DNA of 64,000 nt from Gemmatimonadota bacterium. GTDB taxonomy: Bacteria; Gemmatimonadota; Gemmatimonadetes; Palauibacterales; Palauibacteraceae. Position 1 is the first letter of the stretch, and each line of letters begins with the position of its first letter. The stretch covers positions 62 through 64,061 of the forward strand of contig JBDHBD010000009.1 of assembly GCA_039587755.1 (NCBI GenBank), written 5' to 3'. Shown here in pieces: positions 15,732-24,038 of this stretch. The notes below the pieces were generated by a model. That model worked only from the letters and a program-made list of their open reading frames with translations. It was not told the DNA's origin and made no database searches. The translations under genes and the position numbers were made by a program.

Positions 15732-18095
15732 ATGACCCGTCTCTTCGCCCTCTCCGCGCCGCTGCGGCGCGCATGGCAGCCGCGCGGATGGACGCCGGCG
15801 CTCGCCTGGCTCGTCTTGGCCGCACCCTCGACTCCGGTGTTGCTCGGGCAGGAGCCCGCGGTCCAGCAGGCGCCTGCCGCCACCGAGTTCACCATCGAGC
15901 GGATCCACGGCACTCGCGACTTCGCCGGCGAATCCTTTTCGGTCACGTGGCTGCGGGACGGACGCCGCTGGGCGGTCGTCGAGCAGGACGAGGACGGAGC
16001 GGACGAGCTTTGGGTGGTGGACGCGGTGGGCGGCGAGCGCGACCGGCTCATTGTGGCCGCCGACCTCGTGCCGCCCCAGGCCGACCGATCGCTCGACATC
16101 GACGGGCGCGAAGTGTCGGCTCAGGAGCTCATGCCGGCGGGGGCCACGCGGTCGCTCGCCATCGACGGGTTCACGTTCTCCGCGGACGAGCGTCGAGTGC
16201 TGATCTTCACAAACGCGCAGCAGGTGTGGAGAGCCCGCACGCAGGGCGAGTACTGGGTGTTCGATCTGTCGTCGCGCACGCTCACGCCGGTGAGCCGACG
16301 CGAAGGCTGGCAGATGTTCGCCAAGTTCTCGCCCGACGGCCGCCAGGTCGCGTTCGTACGCGACCACGATCTCTTTCTGACGATTCTACAGACGGGCGAA
16401 GAGCGGGCGCTCACCAGCGACGGCAGCGAGACGATCATCAACGGGACGACCGACTGGGTCTACGAGGAGGAGCTCAACCTGCGGGATGCATTCCGCTGGA
16501 GCCCGGACGGAAGCCGTATCGCCTACTGGCGGCTCGACCAGAGTCCGATCGCACTGTACCACCTGATCGACGAAACGCAGCTCTACCCGGAGCTCATTCC
16601 GATCCGTTATCCGAAGGCCGGGGCCGCGAACTCGAAGGTCCAGGTCGGCTCGCTGGAGCTCGCGACCGGAGAGACGACCTGGTTCGATCTCGGAGACGAC
16701 GACGACATCTACGTCGCGCGGATGGAGTGGGCCGACTCGTCGGACGAAGTCTTCATCCAGTGGCTGAACCGGCATCAGAATCGGCTGGACCTGCTGGTCG
16801 GGGACGCCCGAACCGGGTCGACCAGCCTCGTGTTCACCGAGACGGACGACGCGTGGGTCGACGTGCACGACGACATGGCGTGGCTGGCCGACGGGGATCG
16901 CTTCCTGTGGACCAGCGAGCGCGACGGGTGGCGCCACCTGTATCTGTACCGCCGCGATGGGACACTCGAGCGTCAGCTCACGAGCGGCGTATGGGAGCTG
17001 ACCGGCGTGGACGGCGTGGATGAGGAGAGAGGGCTCGTGTACGTGACGGCCGCCTACGAGAGTCCGATCACCCGCACGCTGCTCGCTGTCCCGCTGGATG
17101 GTGGGGAGCCGCGCGTGCTGGCGGGTGGCCCGGGGAGCCATGGAGTGCAGCTGAGTCCCGATGCCCGGCTCGCTATCCACACCTACTCGATGGCCGAAAT
17201 GCCGACCATCACGACGCTTGCCCGAGTCGGGGCCATGGGTCTGTGGTCGGTGCGGGAGCTGACCGACAACTCGGACCTGCGGACGCGGCTCGCTGACGCG
17301 CAGCTTGGCACAGTAGAGTTCCTCACCGTCCCGGCCGCAGACGGCACGCCGCTCAACGCGTACCTTGTCAAGCCGCGGGACTTCGATCCGAACCGGCGCT
17401 ACGGACTGCTGCTCTACGTGTACGGCGGCCCCGGCTCGCAAACGGTCGTGGACCGGTGGGGTGGGTCACGTGTCCTGTGGTTCCACTTCCTGGCGCAGCA
17501 GGGCGTGCTGGTGGCGAGCGTCGACAACCGGGGCACGGGCGCGCGTGGGCGCGACTTCAAGAAACAGACGTACCTGAAGCTCGGGCAGATCGAGACGGCC
17601 GACCAGCTCGCGGCCGTCGAGCACTTCGGCTCCCTGCCGTACGTGGATGCGGACCGCATCGGAATCTGGGGCTGGAGCTACGGCGGCTACATGGCGCTCA
17701 ACGCGACCCTGCTCAGCGGCGGAGCGATCGTGGCGGGAGCTTCGGTGGCACCGGTCAGCCATTGGCAGCTGTACGACACGATCTACACCGAGCGCTTCAT
17801 GCGGACGCCGCAGGAGAACCCGGAAGGCTACGCGATCGGCTCCCCGCTCACACACGCCGAAAAGCTGGAGTCGGACCTGCTCATCGTGCACGGAACGGGG
17901 GATGACAACGTGCACTCGCAGAACACGCTCCTCATGACCCAGGCGCTCGAGAATGCGGACAAGCAGTTCCAGATGCGGCTGTATCCCAACAAGCGCCACG
18001 GGATCACGGGCGCTACGACCCGGGTGAACCTGCACCGCCTGCTGACCGACTTTCTGCTGGGGCGGCTCGCCCCGGGCGCCGACCTGGTACCGTAG
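15732..18095 (+). CDS. S9B prolyl dipeptidyl-peptidase (DPP IV-like), exported
   Basis: 787 aa ORF. Signal-like N-terminus. DPPIV beta-propeller region (WSPDGSRIAYWRLD.., YPKAGAANS). Catalytic GIWGWSYGGY, later GTGDDNVH. Confidence 0.9.
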   Translation: MTRLFALSAPLRRAWQPRGWTPALAWLVLAAPSTPVLLGQEPAVQQAPAATEFTIERIHGTRDFAGESFSVTWLRDGRRWAVVEQDEDGADELWVVDAVGGERDRLIVAADLVPPQADRSLDIDGREVSAQELMPAGATRSLAIDGFTFSADERRVLIFTNAQQVWRARTQGEYWVFDLSSRTLTPVSRREGWQMFAKFSPDGRQVAFVRDHDLFLTILQTGEERALTSDGSETIINGTTDWVYEEELNLRDAFRWSPDGSRIAYWRLDQSPIALYHLIDETQLYPELIPIRYPKAGAANSKVQVGSLELATGETTWFDLGDDDDIYVARMEWADSSDEVFIQWLNRHQNRLDLLVGDARTGSTSLVFTETDDAWVDVHDDMAWLADGDRFLWTSERDGWRHLYLYRRDGTLERQLTSGVWELTGVDGVDEERGLVYVTAAYESPITRTLLAVPLDGGEPRVLAGGPGSHGVQLSPDARLAIHTYSMAEMPTITTLARVGAMGLWSVRELTDNSDLRTRLADAQLGTVEFLTVPAADGTPLNAYLVKPRDFDPNRRYGLLLYVYGGPGSQTVVDRWGGSRVLWFHFLAQQGVLVASVDNRGTGARGRDFKKQTYLKLGQIETADQLAAVEHFGSLPYVDADRIGIWGWSYGGYMALNATLLSGGAIVAGASVAPVSHWQLYDTIYTERFMRTPQENPEGYAIGSPLTHAEKLESDLLIVHGTGDDNVHSQNTLLMTQALENADKQFQMRLYPNKRHGITGATTRVNLHRLLTDFLLGRLAPGADLVP

Positions 18096-18099
18096 CGGC

Positions 18100-18741
18100 G
18101 TGCGCATCACCGAGATATTCCACTCGATCCAGGGCGAGTCGAGCTATGCGGGTCAGCCGTGCGTCTTCGTCAGGACGACGGGCTGCAACCTGCGCTGCAC
18201 CTGGTGCGACACCGAGTATGCCTTCTTCGGGGGCCGCGACCTCTCGATTGCCGAGATCCTCGCCGAGGTCGAACGGCTCGGCGGCACCTGCCGTCTGGTG
18301 GAGCTGACTGGCGGCGAGCCCCTGCTGCAGCAAGACATCGGAGGATTGGCCGAGCGGCTGCTCGAACAGGGCTATGTGGTGCTGTGCGAGACGAGCGGTA
18401 GTGTGCCCGTCACCCGCGTGCCCTCCGCCGTGATCAAGATCGTGGACTTCAAGTGCCCTGCGAGCGGTGAAGAGGGATCGAACGACTGGTCGAATCTGGA
18501 GCATCTCGATCCGGCCAGAGACGAGCTCAAGTTCGTGATCGCGGATCGCGCGGACTACGAGTGGGCTCGCGCACAGCTGCGGCGGCGTGGGCTGGAGCGC
18601 TACGTGGTCCATTTCTCCCCCGAATTCGAGGGCATGGACCGGCAGAAGCTGGCCGAGTGGATCCTGCGCGACGGGCTGGAGGTCCGGATGCAGCTCCAGC
18701 TGCACAAGTTCATCTGGGATCCTGAGGCGCGCGGGGTCTAA
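18100..18741 (+). CDS. queE: 7-carboxy-7-deazaguanine synthase (radical SAM)
   Basis: 213 aa ORF. EIFHSIQGESSYAGQPCVFVRTTGCNLRCTWCDTEYAF matches the QueE CxxxCxxC region. Confidence 0.9.
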   Translation: MRITEIFHSIQGESSYAGQPCVFVRTTGCNLRCTWCDTEYAFFGGRDLSIAEILAEVERLGGTCRLVELTGGEPLLQQDIGGLAERLLEQGYVVLCETSGSVPVTRVPSAVIKIVDFKCPASGEEGSNDWSNLEHLDPARDELKFVIADRADYEWARAQLRRRGLERYVVHFSPEFEGMDRQKLAEWILRDGLEVRMQLQLHKFIWDPEARGV

Positions 18742-18975
18742 GCCGCCGCTCGGAGTGGGGGACGCCGGCGGTCCCTTCACTTCGCTCGCTGCCGGCACCT
18801 GATGCTCCGGAGCCTCCTCGCGCGGCCAATCACGGCCAGGTTGACCGGATCGAGACGCTGCGGGGTCTCCTCCGCGGCGCCGGAGGCTCGCTGCGCGAAG
18901 GGCCCACGCGGCGTCCCGCTGGGGGGTGTGGCAGGCAAGTCTGATTTTCGCACTGCGGGCGCTGACGCCTGACGC

Positions 18976-19028
18976 GGACACACATAGAGTATGTTTGTGA
19001 AGTACGTCGCGAACCGACGAGTTATCTG
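18976..19028 (+). repeat. promoter/leader-like module, family 2 (copy a)
   Basis: GGACACACATAGAGTATGTTTGTGAAGTACGTCGCGAACCGACGAGTTATCTG. Its last 30 nt match the reverse complement of 8326-8355 at 27 of 30 positions. It lies 130 nt upstream of gene 19158. Confidence 0.55.
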
Positions 19029-19077
19029 CAATCGCTGAACCATGAGGTAGGTTGACTGCATGAAACAACTGGCTGCC

Positions 19078-19105
19078 GTCGCAGCCTAATCGGGAGTTAG
19101 GCCGC
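19078..19105 (+). repeat. dyad-symmetric site GTC-GCAGCCTAA-TCGGGAG-TTAGGCCGC (9-7-9), copy 1
   Basis: Arms are complementary at 8 of 9 positions. It contains GTTAGGC. 23 nt are shared with copy 2 (GTCGCAGCCTAATCGkGrGTTAG). Confidence 0.5.
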
Positions 19106-19157
19106 CAGACCAAGTACGCCAGGAGGAGCAGACACGAACATTCGAAAAGTCGCTCTA

Positions 19158-19760
19158 ATGGGCACCCTGCTCACGCTCGGAGTTGCCCTAATGGTCCCCA
19201 GCTCAGCTATGGCCCACTGTGACGGGATGGATTGCCCTGTCGTCAAAGCTGGCCAGAAAGCTCTGGCCAGTGGCGATGTCAACCTCGTACTCATCTGGGT
19301 GCAGAAGGAGGACGAGCAGGAGATTCGACAGGCCTTTGACCGCACGCTGGCGGTCAGAGGGCTCAGCCCGGAGGCTCGAGCGCTCGCGGACATGTACTTC
19401 TTTGAGACCCTCGTCAGGATTCATCGGGAGGGGGAGGGTGCTCCATATACAGGCTTGAAGCCGGCGGGCCGCTACCTCGGACCAGCGATTCCGCTTGCTG
19501 ACGAGGCGTTGACCACGGGAAACGTCGATCCTCTCGTCAAGCTAATCACTGATGAAATGCGTAACGGGCTAACCGAGAGGTTCGGCCGCTCAGTTAACGC
19601 GCGTGACTATTCGACTGAAGATGTCGAGGCCGGGCGCGAGTGCGTGCGCGCATACGTAACGTTCATTCATTACGTCGAACGCGCATATGAGGCCGCAAGC
19701 CAGCCAGTTCTCGGCCACTTTGCGGAGAATCAACACGATTTGGAGAAACACGATAAGTGA
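19158..19760 (+). CDS. secreted hypothetical protein (resembles the DUF6448 family)
   Basis: 200 aa ORF. LLTLGVALMVPSSAMA signal, then HCDGMDCPVV. A strong AGGAGG at 19121 lies 31 nt before this ATG. The in-frame upstream TNIRKVAL would give a normal signal n-region, so the start may be non-canonical (ACG 19134 or ATT 19140). Low-GC region. Confidence 0.6.
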   Translation: MGTLLTLGVALMVPSSAMAHCDGMDCPVVKAGQKALASGDVNLVLIWVQKEDEQEIRQAFDRTLAVRGLSPEARALADMYFFETLVRIHREGEGAPYTGLKPAGRYLGPAIPLADEALTTGNVDPLVKLITDEMRNGLTERFGRSVNARDYSTEDVEAGRECVRAYVTFIHYVERAYEAASQPVLGHFAENQHDLEKHDK

Positions 19761-19878
19761 GAAGGGTACTTGGCGGCCCAACAAGACGATGAGCCTGATG
19801 TCGCCATCCAGGCCCGCAGGATATTGCCGAGCCGTTAGTCAAGGGACGCCGGGTCAGTGGCCGATCAGGTCGCGACTA

Positions 19879-19937
19879 CAGCTAACAGGTCCACTGGCGG
19901 CTCCGGCGCTTCCACCCATCCCTACTATCCGTAGCTG
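19879..19937 (+). repeat. intergenic palindromic element, family 1 (copy D, 59 nt)
   Basis: CAGCTAAC-AGG-TCCACTGGCGGC...GTAGCTG. Termini are complementary apart from one missing T. It shares AACAGGnCCACTGGCGGCTC with copy E. Confidence 0.45.
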
Positions 19938-19945
19938 ACTCGATC

Positions 19946-20410
19946 TTGCTCTCACCTCAAAGAGCTCAGCGGTTCTCGGTGCTGCGAGTCCTTCGGCCAG
20001 ATCGACTTGATTTGGCAGAGGGTGGAAGCATCTTGGTAGTTCCCTGGGGACATACTTCAGATTGTGCCTTCCGACCAATCCTCGAGGCCGACTGGGTCCC
20101 GCCCGGTGATACGGTCGTCTTTCAGTTGACTGCGACGCGTGAGGGACAGGGACGGGTATTTGATGCACACACGCAATTGAATTTGTATCCGCCCTCGTCG
20201 GCTGGTGAGCGGACGTCTCCGGGGCGGATCCATCCCCTCGAATACTTCGACTTCCTTGACTTATTCCCAGGCCCGGAGTCAGAACTCACCGCGCTGGAGA
20301 GAGAGGCGTTGCGTGAACGGGTTCGTGCTTGGAGCGCGGCCAGGGGATTGGCGGAGCTGCTTCCACTGAAGCCCTGGCTCAAACGGCGCAGCCGCGGGGA
20401 ATCCACCTAG
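19946..20410 (+). CDS. hypothetical protein (weak call)
   Basis: 154 aa ORF with only a TTG start. Low GC3. No family recognised. Flanked by repeat elements. Confidence 0.3.
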   Translation: MLSPQRAQRFSVLRVLRPDRLDLAEGGSILVVPWGHTSDCAFRPILEADWVPPGDTVVFQLTATREGQGRVFDAHTQLNLYPPSSAGERTSPGRIHPLEYFDFLDLFPGPESELTALEREALRERVRAWSAARGLAELLPLKPWLKRRSRGEST

Positions 20411-20596
20411 CAAGCGATTGCTGCCGACGGGATTTGCACCTCGCCCCCGGGACATCACGGTCTTGCCTGCCTGTCTCCGGCTCGGCACCCTGGTCCGCAG
20501 CAGAATGGCGTGTCCGTTACGTGGATCCTCGAGAGCGCTGCTGGAGGCCTGGCCCGGGCAGCAGAGCGGCGTCGCGCGCCGATCGAACGCGGCCAT

Positions 20597-20694
20597 CGTA
20601 TAACAGGGCCACTGGCGGCTCGCAGCCTGACTGCGGCTCGCCCAACCCTCGGGCTAACGCCCTTCAGGTTCGCCAGTGGCCGGGACGTTTGCTG
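20597..20694 (+). repeat. intergenic palindromic element, family 1 (copy E, 98 nt) containing a 75-nt three-way-junction-like fold
   Basis: CGTATAAC-AGG-GGCCACTGGCG...(53 nt)...CGCCAGTGGCC-GGGAC-GTTTGCTG. Perfect 11-bp outer inverted repeat (20607-20617 / 20671-20681). Inner hairpins CGCAG/CTGCG and AACC..GGGC-TAAC-GCCC..GGTT. Confidence 0.55.
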
Positions 20695-20701
20695 AAATCG
20701 A

Positions 20702-20727
20702 GTCGCAGCCTAATCGTGGTTAGCCAG
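20702..20727 (+). repeat. dyad-symmetric site GTCGCAGCCTAA-TCGTGG-TTAGCCAGC, copy 2
   Basis: Direct repeat of 19078-19102, 1.6 kb downstream in the same orientation. Arms are complementary at 7 of 9 positions. Confidence 0.5.
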
Positions 20728-20800
20728 CTGATGGTGGCGCACTGGTAGAGTGAAACGAGGCCGAGCCGGGCGGCCGAACTGTCGCGAATAAGGAATCCGT

Positions 20801-21193
20801 ATGACGATGAGGGAACGCAGTGCCGAGCTGGCCGTGCTTTGGATTGAGGCATGGATCAAGATGGACATGGAGTGGCTTCGGCAGCGGCTGGCTCCTGACT
20901 TTGTGCACGTCAGTCCGTTCGGGAGGCTCGAAGGCCGTGAATCGTACCTGGCAACGGTCGAGGCGATGGCGCGCAAGAGTGTCATGGAGCTCACGGTCAA
21001 AGATGTAATCGCCAGCGGAAGCCAAGCAGCAGTGTGGTTCGAGAACAGGACCCCCAAAGGGGTGGTCGAGTCCTGTGACTGGGTTCGCGTTGAGAGTGAC
21101 CTTATCAAAGAGATCAGGTCGTTCTATGACAGTGCCATGATCCGGGAGGTTCTGTCGCCCGCCGAGCAGGAGAGCCTCGACGGTTCCGACTAG
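20801..21193 (+). CDS. NTF2-like (SnoaL/DUF4440-type) protein
   Basis: 130 aa ORF. AAGGAA lies before the ATG. LWIEAWIKMDMEWLRQRLAPDFVHVSPFG..AAVWFE..DWVRVESDLIKEIRSFYD. Confidence 0.7.
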   Translation: MTMRERSAELAVLWIEAWIKMDMEWLRQRLAPDFVHVSPFGRLEGRESYLATVEAMARKSVMELTVKDVIASGSQAAVWFENRTPKGVVESCDWVRVESDLIKEIRSFYDSAMIREVLSPAEQESLDGSD

Positions 21194-21199
21194 CGGGGG

Positions 21200-21769
21200 C
21201 TACCTGAACCGGCGTCGGACGAAGTCCCACCGCCGCGCTCGCGCCAGAGCCAGGCTCGCCACGATCGCCATCAGGCCGGCGAGGGCGTTGACGCCGACGT
21301 CGCGGATGTCGTAGACGCGGTTGGGATGGACCCACTGGATACCCTCATCGAGCCAGCCCAACAGCGCGGTCACGGCTACCGTGAAGACGGCCGGGATCGG
21401 GACGCGGAGACCGTTCCGCACGCGCTCCGTGAGAGCCTGGTGGATGAGGACGGCCACCAGGCCGTACTCGAACAGGTGGGTGCGCTCCTCCGGGGTGATG
21501 AACATCCGGACCAACACCATCCCGTAAACGGCCGTGACGCCCAGCGCCACCCACACTTCGCGCCGCCCGGGACGCCTCTTCAGCGCGCTTCCGACAATGG
21601 CCGCAACCACCAGGAGGAAGCCGAGGACGAACGAGGCCTCCAGCAGGTTGCGCTCGCGCAGTTCCGCGGCCAACGTCCCCGCCAGCCCCAGGGTGGAGTA
21701 GATCGCCACCACGACGGCCACCGCCCAGAACCAGAGGCGTCGCTCCCGATCGGAGGTGAAAGGAGACAT
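21200..21769 (-). CDS. VanZ-like membrane protein
   Basis: Start taken at MSPFTSDRERRLWFW (ATG 21769), avoiding overlap with 21780-22781. TM helices. C-terminal YDIRDVGVNALAGLM is typical of VanZ. Confidence 0.7.
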   Translation of the reverse strand: MSPFTSDRERRLWFWAVAVVVAIYSTLGLAGTLAAELRERNLLEASFVLGFLLVVAAIVGSALKRRPGRREVWVALGVTAVYGMVLVRMFITPEERTHLFEYGLVAVLIHQALTERVRNGLRVPIPAVFTVAVTALLGWLDEGIQWVHPNRVYDIRDVGVNALAGLMAIVASLALARARRWDFVRRRFR

Positions 21770-21779
21770 GCGGACCGGT

Positions 21780-22781
21780 TCAGTCGTCGGTGAAGGCGGC
21801 GTCGAACGCGGTGTCGGCGGGAGGAAAGTCGAGGGAGCGAACACGCTCGCACGCTTCCCGGGCCCCGTGCTCCCGGTCCATTCCGGTGTCCTCCCATTCG
21901 ATGGATAGCGGCCCAGCGTAACCGATCCGGTTCAGCGCCCGCACGATCTCTTCGAAGCGGATACGACCGCGTCCGATCGACCGGAAGTCCCACCCTCGAT
22001 CACCGTGGCCGAACTGCAGGTGTCCACCGAACACACCGGATCGGGCCGGCGCATCCGACCACCACACGTCCTTCATGTGAACGTGATGGATCCGATCGGC
22101 CAGCTCTTCGACAAAGCGCACGTAGTCGACCCATTGGTATGCGAGGTGGCTCGGGTCGTAGTTGAATCCGAACGCGGGATGAGCGCCGACGGCTTCGACC
22201 GCCCGGTGGGCGGTCACGATGTCGAAGGCGATCTCGGTCGGATGGGCTTCGAGCGCGAATCGCACGCCGACCTCCGCGAAGGCGTCCAGAATCGGCGTCC
22301 AGTGTTCGGCAAAGTCCGCGAAGCCTCGGTCGACAAGTTCTTCAGTGTGCGGAGGGAAGGCGTAGGCCATCGGCCAGATCGCGCTGCCCGTGAAGCCGTT
22401 CACCACTTCGACCCCCAAACGAGCGGCCGCTCGGGCGGTGTTCATCATCTCTTCCGCGGCTCGCTTTCGGACGCCCTCCGGGTCTCCGTCGCCCCACACG
22501 TGGTCGGGGAGGATCGCCCGGTGGCGTTCGTCGATCGCGTCGCACACCGCCTGCCCGACGAGGTGATTGCTGATCGCCCACACGCCGAGGCCGTGCTCCG
22601 AGAGGACTGCCCGTTGGTTCTCGCAATAGGCCGGGTCAGCCAGCGCCTTTAGCACATCGAAGTGGTCGCCCCAGCAGGCCAGCTCCAGCCCGTCGAAGCC
22701 CCACGCCGCCGCTTTGGCCGCCAGCTCCTCCAGCGGAAGGTCCGCCCACTGTCCGGTGAACAACGTGATGGGTCGACTCAT
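21780..22781 (-). CDS. sugar phosphate isomerase/epimerase (xylose isomerase-like TIM barrel)
   Basis: C-terminal 333 aa of the 558 aa ORF. Start [42 protein letters not shown]. Later HHVHMKD and IEWED metal-ligand-type motifs. The upstream 224 aa are Arg/Gly/Pro filler overlapping the next gene. Confidence 0.85.
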   Translation of the reverse strand: MSRPITLFTGQWADLPLEELAAKAAAWGFDGLELACWGDHFDVLKALADPAYCENQRAVLSEHGLGVWAISNHLVGQAVCDAIDERHRAILPDHVWGDGDPEGVRKRAAEEMMNTARAAARLGVEVVNGFTGSAIWPMAYAFPPHTEELVDRGFADFAEHWTPILDAFAEVGVRFALEAHPTEIAFDIVTAHRAVEAVGAHPAFGFNYDPSHLAYQWVDYVRFVEELADRIHHVHMKDVWWSDAPARSGVFGGHLQFGHGDRGWDFRSIGRGRIRFEEIVRALNRIGYAGPLSIEWEDTGMDREHGAREACERVRSLDFPPADTAFDAAFTDD

Positions 22782-22822
22782 GGCCTCATCCGCTCCGCTG
22801 CTCCCTCTGCGGCGCTGCCCCG

Positions 22823-24004
22823 TTACTCTGCTGCCAAGCGCGTAGTACCAGGGAGTGTATACGTCGCGTCCACCCAGCCGCCCGTTTGGCCGCTCTCCAC
22901 GGCCCTGTGTACGAAGTGTACACCGTGCGCACCGTCCTGAACGGTCGGGAAGTCCAGATCCAGCGGGTCGCGGCGGGCTCCGGTATCTCTGGCTGTAATG
23001 GCGCGGCCAGCCGCGCGATAGAGGTTGGCAAACGCCTCGATGAAGCCCTCGGGATGCCCCGAGGGCAACCGCGCCGCGTGCCGGGCCGCCGGAGCCAGAT
23101 ACGGATGGCCGCGTCGGTAGACCTCCGTGGGCCGGTCGCGGTGACGGAGGAGTAGCGTCTCCGCCTCCTGCTGGCGCCACTCCAGGCTGGCCCGGGTGCC
23201 GTAGACCCGCAGGCTCAGACGGTTCTCCTCCCCCACCGAGATCTGCGAGGCGCTGAGCGTGCCTCGCGCACCGCCCTCGAAGCGCAGCAGGAGGTGCGCG
23301 TCGTCCTCCAGACGGCGCCCCGGCACGAAGGTCGTCAGCTCCGCACACAGCGCCTGCAGGTCGAGCCCGGTCACGTAGCGGCTCAAGTGCTCCGCGTGCG
23401 TGCCGATGTCGCCCAGCGCCCCCGCCACTCCCGCGCGCGCTGGATCGGTGCGCCATTCGGCCTGTTTGTGCCCTTCGGCCTCGAGTCGCGTGGAGAGCCA
23501 GCCCTGCGTGTACTCGACCGCCACCCGACGGATCTCACCCAGCGCCGCGTCGGCGCACAAAGCGCGCGCCTGCTTCACCATCGGATAGCCCGAGTAGTTG
23601 TAAGTGACGGCGAATACGGCCTCTCGCTCGCTCGCCAGCCGGCACAGCGTCTCCGCCTCCTCGACCGTGTTTGTGAGCGGCTTGTCGCACACGATGTGGA
23701 AGCCGGCCTCCAGGAACGTCTGTGCGATGTCGAAATGGAGGTGGTTCGGGGTCACGATCGAGACGAAGTGAATTCGTTCGTCGGCGGGAAGAGAAGCCTC
23801 CCGTTGCGCCATGTCCTGATACCTGACGTACGTCCGTTCCGCCGGGAGTCCGAGTCGCTCACCGTGCTCCCGCGATTTCGACGGGTTGGCCGAGAAGGCT
23901 CCGGCAACGAGCTCGATCTCCCCGTCCAGCGAGGCGGCCATTCGATGCACTTCCCCGATAAACGCGCCGGGGCCGCCGCCCACCATACCGTATCGAATCC
24001 GCAT
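22823..24004 (-). CDS. Gfo/Idh/MocA family NAD(P)-dependent oxidoreductase
   Basis: Start at [21 protein letters not shown] (Rossmann GxGxxG). [17 protein letters not shown] (EKP-type motif). Confidence 0.9.
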   Translation of the reverse strand: MRIRYGMVGGGPGAFIGEVHRMAASLDGEIELVAGAFSANPSKSREHGERLGLPAERTYVRYQDMAQREASLPADERIHFVSIVTPNHLHFDIAQTFLEAGFHIVCDKPLTNTVEEAETLCRLASEREAVFAVTYNYSGYPMVKQARALCADAALGEIRRVAVEYTQGWLSTRLEAEGHKQAEWRTDPARAGVAGALGDIGTHAEHLSRYVTGLDLQALCAELTTFVPGRRLEDDAHLLLRFEGGARGTLSASQISVGEENRLSLRVYGTRASLEWRQQEAETLLLRHRDRPTEVYRRGHPYLAPAARHAARLPSGHPEGFIEAFANLYRAAGRAITARDTGARRDPLDLDFPTVQDGAHGVHFVHRAVESGQTGGWVDATYTLPGTTRLAAE

Positions 24005-24038
24005 CAGATGCCTGCCTCTGCGGGGACGTGCAACCGCA

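Noticed and set aside
18742-18975. Small ORF (MLRSLLARPITARLTG.., about 56 aa) or ncRNA in the GC-rich spacer after queE
   Set aside because: There is no SD, no recognisable protein features and no convincing conserved structure. I left it unannotated and flagged it under the island finding.
20607-20681. tRNA or tRNA-like gene (75 nt with a closed terminal helix)
   Set aside because: There is no T-loop (GTTCRANYC), no D-arm consensus and no anticodon-arm geometry. The closing helix is 11 bp instead of 7, and the interior hairpins are of the wrong size on both strands.
2400-21200. A canonical integron (intI + attI + cassette array)
   Set aside because: No tyrosine recombinase lies in the window. 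The 3' boxes fit GTTRRRY poorly. The spacer 19761-19840 has perfect GCCCAAC and GTTAGTC boxes but no internal pairing. Several genes between elements overlap their neighbours, so they cannot be single-gene cassettes. I kept it only as an attC-like architecture to be tested.
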